Source: Rickettsiales bacterium (lineage in GTDB: Bacteria > Pseudomonadota > Alphaproteobacteria > Rickettsiales > JABSSG01). Taken from it: 64,000 bases of DNA. This document shows positions 32,372 to 42,376 of the stretch, in pieces (within the stretch, counting starts at the first letter, position 1; every line of letters begins with the position of its first letter). The translations under genes were made by a program, and so were the position numbers. The stretch lies in the NCBI GenBank assembly GCA_018062985.1, contig JAGORE010000002.1, positions 9,571 through 73,570 of the forward strand, written 5' to 3'. The notes under the pieces are model-generated. The model saw nothing but the letters and a program-made list of their open reading frames with translations. It was not told the DNA's origin and ran no database searches.

Positions 32372-33799
32372 CTACTTACTACGATTTTCTTTACCCAATA
32401 AAATGTACAGTATTTTATCTTCTAGAGTTTTTGCCCCATCCCTTGACAACCTTGAATTATTACTCATCATCGCAAATGCATATTTAGAGCCATCAGGAGG
32501 TAAATAATAACCAGCTAACGCAGAAACGCCTCTAAAAGTTCCAGTTTTTGCATAAACAAACTGACCATAGTCACCCTGAATACCACGAGACCTTAATGTA
32601 CCATCCCCGCCATACTGTGGTAAAGCACCAATAAAATAAGATCTAATCTTTTTATTATTATATGCAGCTTTTAATAATTGCACGACAGCCTTAGGGGTAA
32701 CTAAATTATATCTTGATTCACCAGAGCCATCATATATAGCGACATCTCCATTGCTTATGCCAATCTTTTCCAACATATTCTGTAACAACACTCTACCATC
32801 TTCATCATTTCCTGGTTTTCCTGTATTCAATGCTGCCATATATTTGAATAATGTAGCAGAGCTTATATTACACGATTCTAATAATACTGTTTTTAATATG
32901 TTGTTTACTGGCGTTGAAAGATGTTTGTACAATATTTTATTATTTTTGGTCTGACCAATTTCAACATTACCATACAAAGCAATGTCCGAATCTTTCAGCG
33001 CTTGTTTAATATACTGCTTGATCATGAATTTCGTGTCTTGCAATGCAAAATTTAATCTTATTTCTTTTGGTAAATTATCAAACATACAACCATAAACTTC
33101 GTAGGTATTATTCCCTATATACCTTGATTTATAAGGACATTCCTGCGATCTAGGTTTTACGGTTTCGACTTTATTTAGTATATTAAGAACATATGGTCTA
33201 TCAATTCTTAGTTGTGCAAGATTGCCATTCTTATCAGATGGCTTCATCCACGCCTCAGAAGTATTTTTATCAATAATTACCGCATTTTTTGGTGCCGCAT
33301 AGTAGAAAGGATTATCATCCCAAGTAAAACCACCAGGAGATGTAGCATTCTCATCAAAGAAACTATTATCAATCACAACATTACCATGTATGGTTTTTAT
33401 TCCCAAAACCTTAAAAGACTCTACTAATTGTAGATATGTAAGAGTAGGATCACCATAAAATTTAATATATAAATCAGAATGAAGTTGACCATCTTTTATC
33501 GTTGATGGGTCAGCAAAAAAGATAGTTGGAATTTGATATTCTGGGCCAAGATATTTAAGTGCCGCATACGCTGTAAAAACTTTTGCGACACTTGCTGGCA
33601 TAAAAAATCTATTAGCATGCAAAGCAAATTTCTCTTTGCCAGTATCAAGATTCTCAATATAAACTCCCAAGTTTAAATCACCTGCATTAATACTCTTGAC
33701 CCGCTCTTCCACAAGTTGTAAAATGCTAGACTTCGGTTCTGCATCAGCAGAAAAAATTAACAATACATTTAATAAAACAAAGATTAATTTATTGATCAT
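32372..33799 (-). CDS. dacB: D-alanyl-D-alanine carboxypeptidase/endopeptidase (PBP4 family)
   Basis: Signal peptide MINKLIFVLLNVLLIFSADA (likely start at 33799; the track start 33868 would overlap the divergent gene). SxxK as PASVAKVFT, YDGSGESRYN, KTGT. Confidence 0.8.
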   Translation of the reverse strand: MINKLIFVLLNVLLIFSADAEPKSSILQLVEERVKSINAGDLNLGVYIENLDTGKEKFALHANRFFMPASVAKVFTAYAALKYLGPEYQIPTIFFADPSTIKDGQLHSDLYIKFYGDPTLTYLQLVESFKVLGIKTIHGNVVIDNSFFDENATSPGGFTWDDNPFYYAAPKNAVIIDKNTSEAWMKPSDKNGNLAQLRIDRPYVLNILNKVETVKPRSQECPYKSRYIGNNTYEVYGCMFDNLPKEIRLNFALQDTKFMIKQYIKQALKDSDIALYGNVEIGQTKNNKILYKHLSTPVNNILKTVLLESCNISSATLFKYMAALNTGKPGNDEDGRVLLQNMLEKIGISNGDVAIYDGSGESRYNLVTPKAVVQLLKAAYNNKKIRSYFIGALPQYGGDGTLRSRGIQGDYGQFVYAKTGTFRGVSALAGYYLPPDGSKYAFAMMSNNSRLSRDGAKTLEDKILYILLGKENRSK

Positions 33800-33850
33800 A
33801 TAAAATTTCTTGTTAAGAATTAACTCTATAATTATAGCATACTCAAAATA

Positions 33851-34138
33851 ATGCCTTTTATCAAACATGACAATGGTTACTATCTAAATATCAAAGTTAC
33901 CACTAATCACTCTGCTAACAAGATAGGAGAGATAATAACTATAAACAACAAAAAATATCAAAAAATTTTTATTAAAGAAATTCCACACAAAAATAGTGCA
34001 AACCAAGCGTTGATAGAGATTTTAGCAGAAAAACTTCATATCCCAAAATCAACCATTACTATTAAAGCTGGTAAAATATCAAAAATAAAGTTAATCTACA
34101 TAGAAAACATAGGCAACGATAAAATAGACTTCAAATAA
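33851..34138 (+). CDS. DUF167 (YggU-like) protein
   Basis: 95 aa. YLNIKVTTNHSANKIGEI...IKEIPHKNSANQALIEILAEKLHIPKSTITIKAGKISKIK fits the UPF0235/DUF167 pattern. Confidence 0.65.
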   Translation: MPFIKHDNGYYLNIKVTTNHSANKIGEIITINNKKYQKIFIKEIPHKNSANQALIEILAEKLHIPKSTITIKAGKISKIKLIYIENIGNDKIDFK

Positions 34139-34141
34139 ATT

Positions 34142-34624
34142 ATGACAGATAAGACAAAATTATTCAAACAATGCATGGGTAAGTTCACTACAGGTATTAC
34201 TGTAGTTACTACTCAGACAGAGACCAATAAGCTTGGAGTCACAATAAATTCTTTTAATTCTGTATCTCTAAACCCATTACTTATATTATTTAGTTTAAAG
34301 AAACAATCTTGTCACTATCAACACTTTCTCCAGTGCAAGAACTTTACTGTTAATATCCTAAGTAACTCACAAGAAAAATATGTAAACTTATTTGCGAGTC
34401 ATAATATAGATACTTGGTCTCATGTAGAGTTAGACACAAAAAATCCAATCACAAATTCACCAGCACTAAAAAATTGCTTGGCTTTCTTAGAATGCGAAAT
34501 ATATGCAAAATATGACGGTGGAGATCATACAATTATAGTAGGAAAAGTGATCAACTTAATCAATAACGAGAATAATAACCCTTTAGTTTATTATAGGGGA
34601 GAGTTTTTGACATACGGGAACTAG
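34142..34624 (+). CDS. flavin reductase family protein (FMN-binding split barrel)
   Basis: FKQCMGKFTTGITVVTT....GVTINSFNSVSLNPLLILFSL...FTVNILS...CEIYAKYDGGDHTIIVGKV. Confidence 0.7.
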   Translation: MTDKTKLFKQCMGKFTTGITVVTTQTETNKLGVTINSFNSVSLNPLLILFSLKKQSCHYQHFLQCKNFTVNILSNSQEKYVNLFASHNIDTWSHVELDTKNPITNSPALKNCLAFLECEIYAKYDGGDHTIIVGKVINLINNENNNPLVYYRGEFLTYGN

Positions 34625-37486
34625 ATGACCACACCTAAAGCCTTTTATATACCAGCAGATAAAATTTTTTTAGAAGAACTTGCATTAGGAATCCTTAGTA
34701 GATTTAATAATATCTCAGAAATTTCAATTTTACTCCCTTCCCATCGCAGTTGTATTGAGTTTGAAAAAATCTTAGTCCGACATATTAAAGAAACAATCTT
34801 ATTACCACAAGTAATTCCTATTGGAGAATTAGGCAAAGAACTCCAGTTAATGGAGTATGTAAACATTGAGAATACAAAAAAACATTTGTCAGAATTTGAG
34901 CACATTTTCTACCTAACAAATCTCATCCACCAAACAACTAAAAAGAAAATTAACTATACTCAGGCTTTAGATATTGCGATAAGCATATCAGATATAATTA
35001 TTAGATTTACAAGAAATAATATCTCTCTCAATACAATAAAAACCCTTGATTTTCCTGATGTAGCAGAGCATATAGAGGAAATTATAGAATACTTAGATAT
35101 CATCGCTAAAGAATGGCCTTTACTTTTAGATAAGCACAATACAGTTGATTTTCTCAATGATCGCAATATTTATATTGAATATTTAATCCGAAAATGGCAA
35201 ACAACTCCACCTAAAACTCCTATTATTGCGGCTGGATCAACAGGAAGTATCCAAAGCACATCAAACCTTATCCGCACACTATCAATAACTCAAAATTGTT
35301 TTGTAGTTCTAAAAAGCACTGGCTTTAATATACAAAATACTAATTGGAATAATATCAACGAACATCACCACAACTTTCTTACCAAACAACTTATACAAAA
35401 AGTAGAGATTCCAAAACAAGATATTGTTGCATGGCATTTACCAGAAAGTAAAGCAATATCAAAACAAGATTTTATAAACACATTCATGTCATCTGTAGAT
35501 GCTGTAGAAAATTGGCATAGCTTTATGCTAAATGATCATTTTGATACAGAAAATTTACAAATCATCGAATGTGATAACCTTCAAGAGGAAGCCACACTAA
35601 TAACAATAAGAATTAGAGAGTTATTAGAACAAAACCCTGACAGTAATATAGCGATCATTACTAATAATACCGACCTCGTACAAAGAATCTTAATTATTGC
35701 AAAAATCTGGAACATAAACATCTCTAACTCATTTGGCACATATCTCAACTCTACACAAGAGTATAGTTTCATTATTGCTATACTAAATGCCGTCTCTGAA
35801 AAATTCTCTCCTACATCTTTGTTATCGCTAATAAAACACCCCATATTTAAGATGAAAATAGAAAATCTTAAAGAAACAATAATAGCCCTAGAAACAAAAT
35901 ATCTAAGAGGAATAGCACGCTATGATAATATCGAACAATTAATTGACATTACAAAAAATAACAATGATTTTCAAATATCAAATCTACTAACGCACGTAGA
36001 GCATCAATGTGCTAATCTTATTATCTATGCCACAAAAGCCTCGGTAGATTTTAAAATACTCCTCAAAGAACTTATAACAACATCAGAAAAACTTTCTACC
36101 TATGATAACAACATTTTTTTATGGAACAATCATACCGGATATACCCTCCACAAGTGTCTGATTGACATTCTAGAAGCTTCAAATATTGGAACGATTAACT
36201 TTCATAATATCCAGACTGTTTTAAGAACTTTAATTCAACACAAAACCGCTGCTGATGATACTAAATCTAATATAAAAATACTCAGTAGCATTGAAAGTCG
36301 ATTACTTGTTTTTGACCACGTAATTATATCAGGATTAAATGAAGGTGAATGGCCTGCTAAAGCTAAATTTGACCCATGGCTTACTAATGATATGTATAAA
36401 AAACTCGGACTACCTTCTCCAGAACAAACAATAGGTCAGGCTGCATATGATTTTTTCTGTCTTTTACAACATCAAAATATATTACTGACAAGATCAATAA
36501 CACATAACGGCACAACAACAATACCATCAAGATGGTTAGTTAAGATGGAGACTTTAGCCAGGAAAATAGGAGTAATAGATAGTATTAAACCACAAACACA
36601 TTACTTGAAAAAATGGACAAAACACTTTTTATACAAACCTGATATACAAGACCTGTCTATTCAATATAAGCCAAAACCTTATGCTCTTAATGCTTTACAT
36701 AAATTATCTGTTACAAAAATAGAAAAACTAATACGAGACCCATATAGTGTCTATGCCTCAGATATTATGAAAATTAAAAAACTAGAAGATGTAGATAAAC
36801 AACCAGACCAAAAAGACTTTGGCATTTTTATACACTCAGTGGTTGACCAGTTTAATAGGTTTTTTGATACTACCACAGATCACAAAAAATTACTGATCAA
36901 TATTGCCACTTCTGTACTACAGTCAATTACTGAAAATAAAAACATTAAACATTTATGGCAATTAAAATTAGAAAAAATGTCTGATTGGATAATAAATTTT
37001 GAAACCTCAAAAAGACAATCAAAAACAATACAAATATACACAGAAGTAAGCGGAGAAATATTAATCAACAATCATTTAACTTTAACTATGAAAGCTGATC
37101 GTATTGAGATAGATCAAGATATGATCACTATAATAGACTTTAAAACAGGAACGATTCCAACACACCAAGATATTAACCAGGGATTTTCACCACAACTACC
37201 TTTAGAATCTCTCATTATCAAAAAAGGTAAAACTAAAACTATTGCCCATACAGAAACAAAAAATAAAAATATTCAGCTAATTTATATACAGCTAACACCC
37301 GGAAAGAATTTAGGTAAAATTACTTCAATTAATATTACACCTGAAGTTGCTATCGATTATATTGAAAAAAATCTTAGTTCTTTAATAAATCAGTTTAATA
37401 GTGGGGCACCATTTTTAATTAGTCCAAGAATAAACAAAGCACCCAAATATAACGATATTGCGCATCTAGAAAGAGAAGACAATTAG
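34625..37486 (+). CDS. addB: double-strand break repair protein AddB (alphaproteobacterial type)
   Basis: 953 aa. IIAAGSTGSIQSTSNLI, LSSIESRLLVFDHVIISGLNEGEWP, and a C-terminal PD-(D/E)XK nuclease motif KADRIEID..ITIIDFKTGT...PQLPLE. Confidence 0.8.
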   Translation: MTTPKAFYIPADKIFLEELALGILSRFNNISEISILLPSHRSCIEFEKILVRHIKETILLPQVIPIGELGKELQLMEYVNIENTKKHLSEFEHIFYLTNLIHQTTKKKINYTQALDIAISISDIIIRFTRNNISLNTIKTLDFPDVAEHIEEIIEYLDIIAKEWPLLLDKHNTVDFLNDRNIYIEYLIRKWQTTPPKTPIIAAGSTGSIQSTSNLIRTLSITQNCFVVLKSTGFNIQNTNWNNINEHHHNFLTKQLIQKVEIPKQDIVAWHLPESKAISKQDFINTFMSSVDAVENWHSFMLNDHFDTENLQIIECDNLQEEATLITIRIRELLEQNPDSNIAIITNNTDLVQRILIIAKIWNINISNSFGTYLNSTQEYSFIIAILNAVSEKFSPTSLLSLIKHPIFKMKIENLKETIIALETKYLRGIARYDNIEQLIDITKNNNDFQISNLLTHVEHQCANLIIYATKASVDFKILLKELITTSEKLSTYDNNIFLWNNHTGYTLHKCLIDILEASNIGTINFHNIQTVLRTLIQHKTAADDTKSNIKILSSIESRLLVFDHVIISGLNEGEWPAKAKFDPWLTNDMYKKLGLPSPEQTIGQAAYDFFCLLQHQNILLTRSITHNGTTTIPSRWLVKMETLARKIGVIDSIKPQTHYLKKWTKHFLYKPDIQDLSIQYKPKPYALNALHKLSVTKIEKLIRDPYSVYASDIMKIKKLEDVDKQPDQKDFGIFIHSVVDQFNRFFDTTTDHKKLLINIATSVLQSITENKNIKHLWQLKLEKMSDWIINFETSKRQSKTIQIYTEVSGEILINNHLTLTMKADRIEIDQDMITIIDFKTGTIPTHQDINQGFSPQLPLESLIIKKGKTKTIAHTETKNKNIQLIYIQLTPGKNLGKITSINITPEVAIDYIEKNLSSLINQFNSGAPFLISPRINKAPKYNDIAHLEREDN

Positions 37487-37599
37487 ATGTCTTTGTCGCG
37501 ATTATCTTCTTTGGTTGGCCTTAGTTCAAACCATAATGCATTTAAGATTCCAAATACACAAGCAAGCGATGCACCTAAAATCCAAGAGAAATACCACAT
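37483..37599 (-). CDS. cydX: cytochrome bd oxidase small subunit CydX
   Basis: Below the ORF-track cutoff. Hand translation gives MWYFSWILGASLACVFGILNALWFELRPTKEDNRDKDI (38 aa), against E. coli CydX MWYFAWILGTLLACSFGVITAL... Starts 7 nt after the cydB stop. Its stop overlaps the addB stop, and the two genes are convergent. Confidence 0.75.
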   Translation of the reverse strand: MWYFSWILGASLACVFGILNALWFELRPTKEDNRDKDI

Positions 37600-37605
37600 A
37601 CTATT

Positions 37606-38757
37606 TTAATATAAATTATCCTTGTTTTGTTTAATATATTGCTCATCAACTCTACCAAACATTATCTTATATGCCCACGATATATATACTAAAATTATAG
37701 GCACAAAAATGATTACTGATAACAACATAATAAATAAAGATAAATAACTACTCGACGCATCCCATACGGTCAAGGAAGCGTCATAATTAAGACTAGATGG
37801 CAAAATAAATGGAAACATAGAGAAGCCAACAGTTGAAATAATACCTATAATAGATAATGAGCTACTAATAAACATAGCAAAATTAATTCGTAACAATGAA
37901 AATATTACTACAAATAAAGAACCACAAAAACCAAGAATAGGTGCGATTAATAACCATTTGTATTTATAATAATTTAATAACCATCCAGCATCTTGCACTA
38001 TCACCTTCTTGATAAACGGATTAGATGACAAATCAAAACCATTAATATGAGATATTACATACCCTGGCATTTTATTAATCATAACACCGCCAAGAAAAAA
38101 TAATAGCATTGTGATCAATGGTACAATGCACGAAATGCGGATACTTCTTTCATATACTTTAGATTTTGTTTTCATCGACAAGAAAGTAGCCCCCTGAACC
38201 ACAATCATAGCACAACTTAAACCACCACATAATAAGGTAAAAGGACTAAATAAATCAAGAAACCTTACTTTATTATCTAGATACATAAATTCATTAAATG
38301 AAAAACTAATACCTTGAAGTAAATTTCCAACTGCAACACCAAAAACTATAGTAGGAATAAGGCCACCACAAAATAGCGCCCCATCCCAAACATTTCGCCA
38401 CAACACATTATCTATTTTACTTCTAAAATCAAAACCCACCGGTCTCAATATCAACGCAACTAGCACCAAAAAAAGTGCGATATACATTGTTGAGAATGCT
38501 ACAGAATAAACGTATGGCCATGCAGCAAAAGTTGCACCACCACCCAGAATAAACCAAACTTGATTGCTTTCCCATGTTGGCCCTACAGAATTTAATAACA
38601 CCCTCTTTTCTATATCATTATGAGCTACAATCGGTAGCAGAGTACCAACACCTAAATCAATACCACCCATCACTGCAAAACCTATAAAAATAAACCCCAA
38701 TAGTAACCACCAGATTACCCTTAATGTTTCGTAGTCTACAAACATTAGTTTTTCCAT
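37606..38757 (-). CDS. cydB: cytochrome bd ubiquinol oxidase subunit II
   Basis: 383-aa polytopic protein. LRVIWWLLLGFIFIGFAVMGGIDLGVG...WESNQVWFILGGGATFAAWP. Confidence 0.92.
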   Translation of the reverse strand: MEKLMFVDYETLRVIWWLLLGFIFIGFAVMGGIDLGVGTLLPIVAHNDIEKRVLLNSVGPTWESNQVWFILGGGATFAAWPYVYSVAFSTMYIALFLVLVALILRPVGFDFRSKIDNVLWRNVWDGALFCGGLIPTIVFGVAVGNLLQGISFSFNEFMYLDNKVRFLDLFSPFTLLCGGLSCAMIVVQGATFLSMKTKSKVYERSIRISCIVPLITMLLFFLGGVMINKMPGYVISHINGFDLSSNPFIKKVIVQDAGWLLNYYKYKWLLIAPILGFCGSLFVVIFSLLRINFAMFISSSLSIIGIISTVGFSMFPFILPSSLNYDASLTVWDASSSYLSLFIMLLSVIIFVPIILVYISWAYKIMFGRVDEQYIKQNKDNLY

Positions 38758-38759
38758 GT

Positions 38760-40301
38760 TTAACCTTTACTTATACTTTCTTTAGGTCCTTGCTTTATTT
38801 GTTTTATTATCAACTTAATATCTACAAATAATAAACCAGTATATAACACAAAAAACCCTATTAAACTACCAAGGACATGACTTGCATCTACTGAAGAGCC
38901 ACCCATAAAAGTTGGTAATATCCCATAAATTATCCAAGGTTGTCTACCACATTCCGCTACTATCCAACCAAATTCAGAGGCAATCCACGGTATCGGTAAA
39001 GATATAAAACATAATTTTAAAAGCCAAGTTTTACTAAATTCTCTACGCAGATTCATATAATAGAAACTTATAGACATTAGCACCAACATAAAGACACCAC
39101 ATAACACCATAATTCTAAAGGCAAAAAATAACGGCAAAACCGTAGGTACCGTGTCTAATGCAGCCTTATCGATATCTAGCTCAGTAGCATTTAATATGTC
39201 ACTCCGATACTTATGCAATAATAATGCAAACCCCATATACTGAAAATTATGTTTTAAAAACTCTATATCTCGCTCTTTATTATCACTCTTACCACTCTTT
39301 AATCTCTTGAGTACAGCATATTGCTTTAAACCATCTTTAATCATTGTTTTAGAATCTTGCACCAACTCTTTAATCCCTGGAATTTCTGTATCTAAACTTC
39401 TAGTACCTATAATTCCCATTACAAATGGTATTTGAATCGCATATTTTGTTTCCATCAATTTTTGATCTGGATATCCTATCACAGTAAAACTAGCTGGCGC
39501 TTTCTCTGTTTCCCACATTCCCTCCATTGCGGCCATTTTCATTTTTTGATTTTCACCATCTCGATATCCACTTTCATCTCCCAGAACCAATACCGACATG
39601 ATTGATAACAGACCAAAACTCGTAGCAACAATTATAGAACGTTTTGCAAATTCGACGTGTTTCTTAGACAACAAAAAATATGCACTAATTGATAAAACAA
39701 AAATTGCACCTGTAACATAAGAAGCACTGATAGTATGTACAAATTTAGCTTGAGCAACGCTACTTGTAATAATTTCATATAAAGACGACACTTCCATACG
39801 CATCGACTCAGGATTAAACGTTGCACCCACTGGATAATTCATCCAAGCATTAGCAATTAATATCCACAAGGCAGATAGATTAGCACCAATTGCCATCAAG
39901 CTAGTGCATATTAAATGACCAACTTTACTTAAGCGATCCCAACTAAAGAAAAATAACCCCACAAAAGTACTTTCTAAGAAAAATGCCATCAAACCTTCAA
40001 TGGCCAGGGGTACACCAAATATATCACCAACATAATGAGAGTAATAACCCCAATTAGTACCAAACTGGAACTCCATGGTAATACCTGTAGCTACACCCAT
40101 GGCAAAATTAATACCAAAGATTTTACCCCAGAACTTTGTCATATCGCGCCAAATAACTTTCCCTGTCATTACATATACACTTTCCATAATAACAAGTAGT
40201 ACTGCGAGACCGATGGTTAGAGGTACAAAAAGAAAATGATAAATCGCCGTAACAGCAAATTGCAATCTAGATAATTCTATAACGCCACTAGCTATATTCA
40301 T
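38760..40301 (-). CDS. cydA: cytochrome bd ubiquinol oxidase subunit I
   Basis: LSRLQFAVTAIYHFLFVPLTIGL..., Q-loop region, GWIVAECGRQPWIIYG. Confidence 0.93.
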   Translation of the reverse strand: MNIASGVIELSRLQFAVTAIYHFLFVPLTIGLAVLLVIMESVYVMTGKVIWRDMTKFWGKIFGINFAMGVATGITMEFQFGTNWGYYSHYVGDIFGVPLAIEGLMAFFLESTFVGLFFFSWDRLSKVGHLICTSLMAIGANLSALWILIANAWMNYPVGATFNPESMRMEVSSLYEIITSSVAQAKFVHTISASYVTGAIFVLSISAYFLLSKKHVEFAKRSIIVATSFGLLSIMSVLVLGDESGYRDGENQKMKMAAMEGMWETEKAPASFTVIGYPDQKLMETKYAIQIPFVMGIIGTRSLDTEIPGIKELVQDSKTMIKDGLKQYAVLKRLKSGKSDNKERDIEFLKHNFQYMGFALLLHKYRSDILNATELDIDKAALDTVPTVLPLFFAFRIMVLCGVFMLVLMSISFYYMNLRREFSKTWLLKLCFISLPIPWIASEFGWIVAECGRQPWIIYGILPTFMGGSSVDASHVLGSLIGFFVLYTGLLFVDIKLIIKQIKQGPKESISKG

Positions 40302-40509
40302 TGTAAATAATCTTATTGTTTATTCTGTGTATTTTCTTAGTGACTTTATCAACATTAGAAAAAAAGAGCAAATATAAACAGGTTATAAGCAACACTTTGA
40401 TAACAATTACAATAGTAATTTGATAAAGAAGCTTACTCTTAATCTTAAAACAGACAATAGATAAAATTAAAAAGAATAACCCAACATACAAGATAAGAAC
40501 AGAATACAT
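40288..40509 (-). CDS. possible 73-aa two-TM membrane peptide immediately upstream of cydA (speculative)
   Basis: The internal ATG (40509) of track ORF 40288..40569 lies 17 nt downstream of tRNA-Ala. MYSVLILYVGLFFLILSIVCF...VIVIKVLLITCLYLLFF. Overlaps the cydA start by 14 nt. It could be an AT-rich artefact. Confidence 0.25.
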   Translation of the reverse strand: MYSVLILYVGLFFLILSIVCFKIKSKLLYQITIVIVIKVLLITCLYLLFFSNVDKVTKKIHRINNKIIYNEYS

Positions 40510-40525
40510 ACTACAGTGCACGGTT

Positions 40526-40601
40526 TGGTGGAGATGAGCGGAATCGAACCGCTGGCCTTCTGCGTGCAAAGCAGACGCTCTACCAACTGAGCTACATCCC
40601 C
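40526..40601 (-). tRNA. tRNA-Ala (anticodon UGC), CCA encoded
   Basis: The reverse complement GGGGATGTAGCTCAGTTGGTAGAGCGTCTGCTTTGCACGCAGAAGGCCAGCGGTTCGATTCCGCTCATCTCCACCA folds as a 76-nt cloverleaf. It has the G3:U70 Ala identity pair and the anticodon loop TTTGCAC. Confidence 0.95.
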
Positions 40602-40772
40602 TTACAGATATCTCTGTTTTAGTTTATATTTAAACTGTACCGAATAACTAATATCTAAAATTATCTCAAATAACAAGAAATTTTTTGTTTATTCCTTTAA
40701 AAAGTCACTTAAAATACACAAAGAAAATATTTGCTAAGTTTATATATTACACTATAACACTTAGATGATCTG

Positions 40773-41783
40773 ATGAAATTGACTTTAATTATGGAAAATA
40801 TCTTGCAAATTTCTAGCTTTCTTTCGCAGTATATACTTTTGTTACTACCTTTATCATTATTTTCATCAGCCCTAATTTCATTTGCACTAATATTTATATT
40901 TAAAAAATTAAATATTCTAGATGTTCCTAATACTAGAAGTAACCACAAAACTCCTATTCCAGTAGGTGGAGGCATCGCAATTGTAATAACAACATTATGG
41001 ACTTTGTTCCTGACATTTTTTAACCAAACCACCGAAAGCCAAATTAAATATTTATTCTTATCTATCATCATCATTGCTTTTATTTCTTTTATTGATGACC
41101 TAAAAAGCCTAAAAGTAAGAACAAGAATTCCATTTCACATCATCGCAATAATTTTATTGTTAAAATCATTACTATTCCCACAGCATGATATTTATATGTT
41201 CATTACACTAATAGTCGGAATATTTTTCTTTATAAATTTTTATAATTTTATGGATGGCATAGATGGTTCAGCAGCATCAGAAGCCATTCATATAGGTATG
41301 AGCATCATACTCCTATACGCCTTTGACAGCTTTATACCGCAAGAACTACTGATTGTCTCATTAGTTCTTGTTGGCGCAAGCTTAGGCTTTGCTATTTTTA
41401 ACTGGCATCCTGCCCAAATATTCCTTGGTGACGTAGGCAGCATCTCACTTGGAGTGATATGCGCATGGCTTTTATTAAATTTAGCTTTATATAAATATCT
41501 AGCGGCGGCTATTATTATTCCGCTATATTACATCGCCGATAGTACCTTAACTATTACAAAAAGACTATTACAAGGTAAAAAGATTTGGCAAGCGCATTCA
41601 GAACATTTTTTTCAGAAAGCTGTAAGAAAAGGCTTATCTCATGCAAAAGTAACAAGAAAAATAATACTAATAAATTTCATTTTATGCATACTAAGCATTA
41701 TATCTATTTACTATCCTATACTAGCATTAACTGCTAGCCTACTAGTCGTAGGAATGCTTTTGTATCATTTTCAGAAAGCCTAA
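40773..41783 (+). CDS. GT4 polyprenyl-phosphate N-acetylhexosamine-1-phosphate transferase (MraY/WecA/WbpL family)
   Basis: 336 aa with ~10 TM segments. DVPNTRSNHKTPIPVGGG, FISFIDDL, NFYNFMDGIDG, IFLGDVGS. Confidence 0.8.
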   Translation: MKLTLIMENILQISSFLSQYILLLLPLSLFSSALISFALIFIFKKLNILDVPNTRSNHKTPIPVGGGIAIVITTLWTLFLTFFNQTTESQIKYLFLSIIIIAFISFIDDLKSLKVRTRIPFHIIAIILLLKSLLFPQHDIYMFITLIVGIFFFINFYNFMDGIDGSAASEAIHIGMSIILLYAFDSFIPQELLIVSLVLVGASLGFAIFNWHPAQIFLGDVGSISLGVICAWLLLNLALYKYLAAAIIIPLYYIADSTLTITKRLLQGKKIWQAHSEHFFQKAVRKGLSHAKVTRKIILINFILCILSIISIYYPILALTASLLVVGMLLYHFQKA

Positions 41784-42373
41784 CTAGACAATTCCTGTTC
41801 AATTGTCACCATGTCGATTACACCATTAAATTTTTTACCATTAATGATAAATGTAGGCGTTGAATTAACTTTAAGATTATTTTGAGCATATTCTCTGATT
41901 TTGATAACTCTATCTTCTAAACCTTTATCTTCTAGACATTTTTTTATCATATCACCATCAACTCTACCAAGCTTTGCAATTACTTCTAATATTTCCGAAT
42001 AACTTGAAGTCTCAACAGACCAGTTTCGTTGTGTTCTAAACAAAACTTTTAAAAAAACTTCTTTCTTATCTTCGGGTACACATAAAGAAATTGCTCCAGC
42101 TTTTAAGTCTACGGGTTTTATAGGAAAATTTCTAAATATAAATTTTACTTTTTTAGTTTTTAAATACTTCTCCTCAATCTTAGGAAAAACATTAGCATGA
42201 AAATATCCACATAAAGGGCAACTCAAAGATGAGTATTCGATAATAACATTTGGCGCATCATTATCACCTATTACTATATCATCGGCCATAGGCATTAAAT
42301 GAATTGCATCTACCTTTTTAGCCAGAGCAAAATGTGTATACAAGAAAATAATGACAAAAAAAACAATTCGCAT
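41780..42373 (-). CDS. DsbA-family periplasmic thiol:disulfide oxidoreductase
   Basis: Signal peptide MRIVFFVIIFLYTHFALA. Thioredoxin-fold active site SCPLCGYFH. C-terminal VNSTPTFIING. Confidence 0.7.
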   Translation of the reverse strand: MRIVFFVIIFLYTHFALAKKVDAIHLMPMADDIVIGDNDAPNVIIEYSSLSCPLCGYFHANVFPKIEEKYLKTKKVKFIFRNFPIKPVDLKAGAISLCVPEDKKEVFLKVLFRTQRNWSVETSSYSEILEVIAKLGRVDGDMIKKCLEDKGLEDRVIKIREYAQNNLKVNSTPTFIINGKKFNGVIDMVTIEQELSS

Positions 42374-42376
42374 ACT

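Noticed and set aside
40709-41074. 121-aa minus-strand ORF overlapping the 5' end of the GT4 (WecA-like) gene.
   Set aside because: It is antisense to a gene with clear MraY/WecA motifs and has no motifs of its own. It is spurious.
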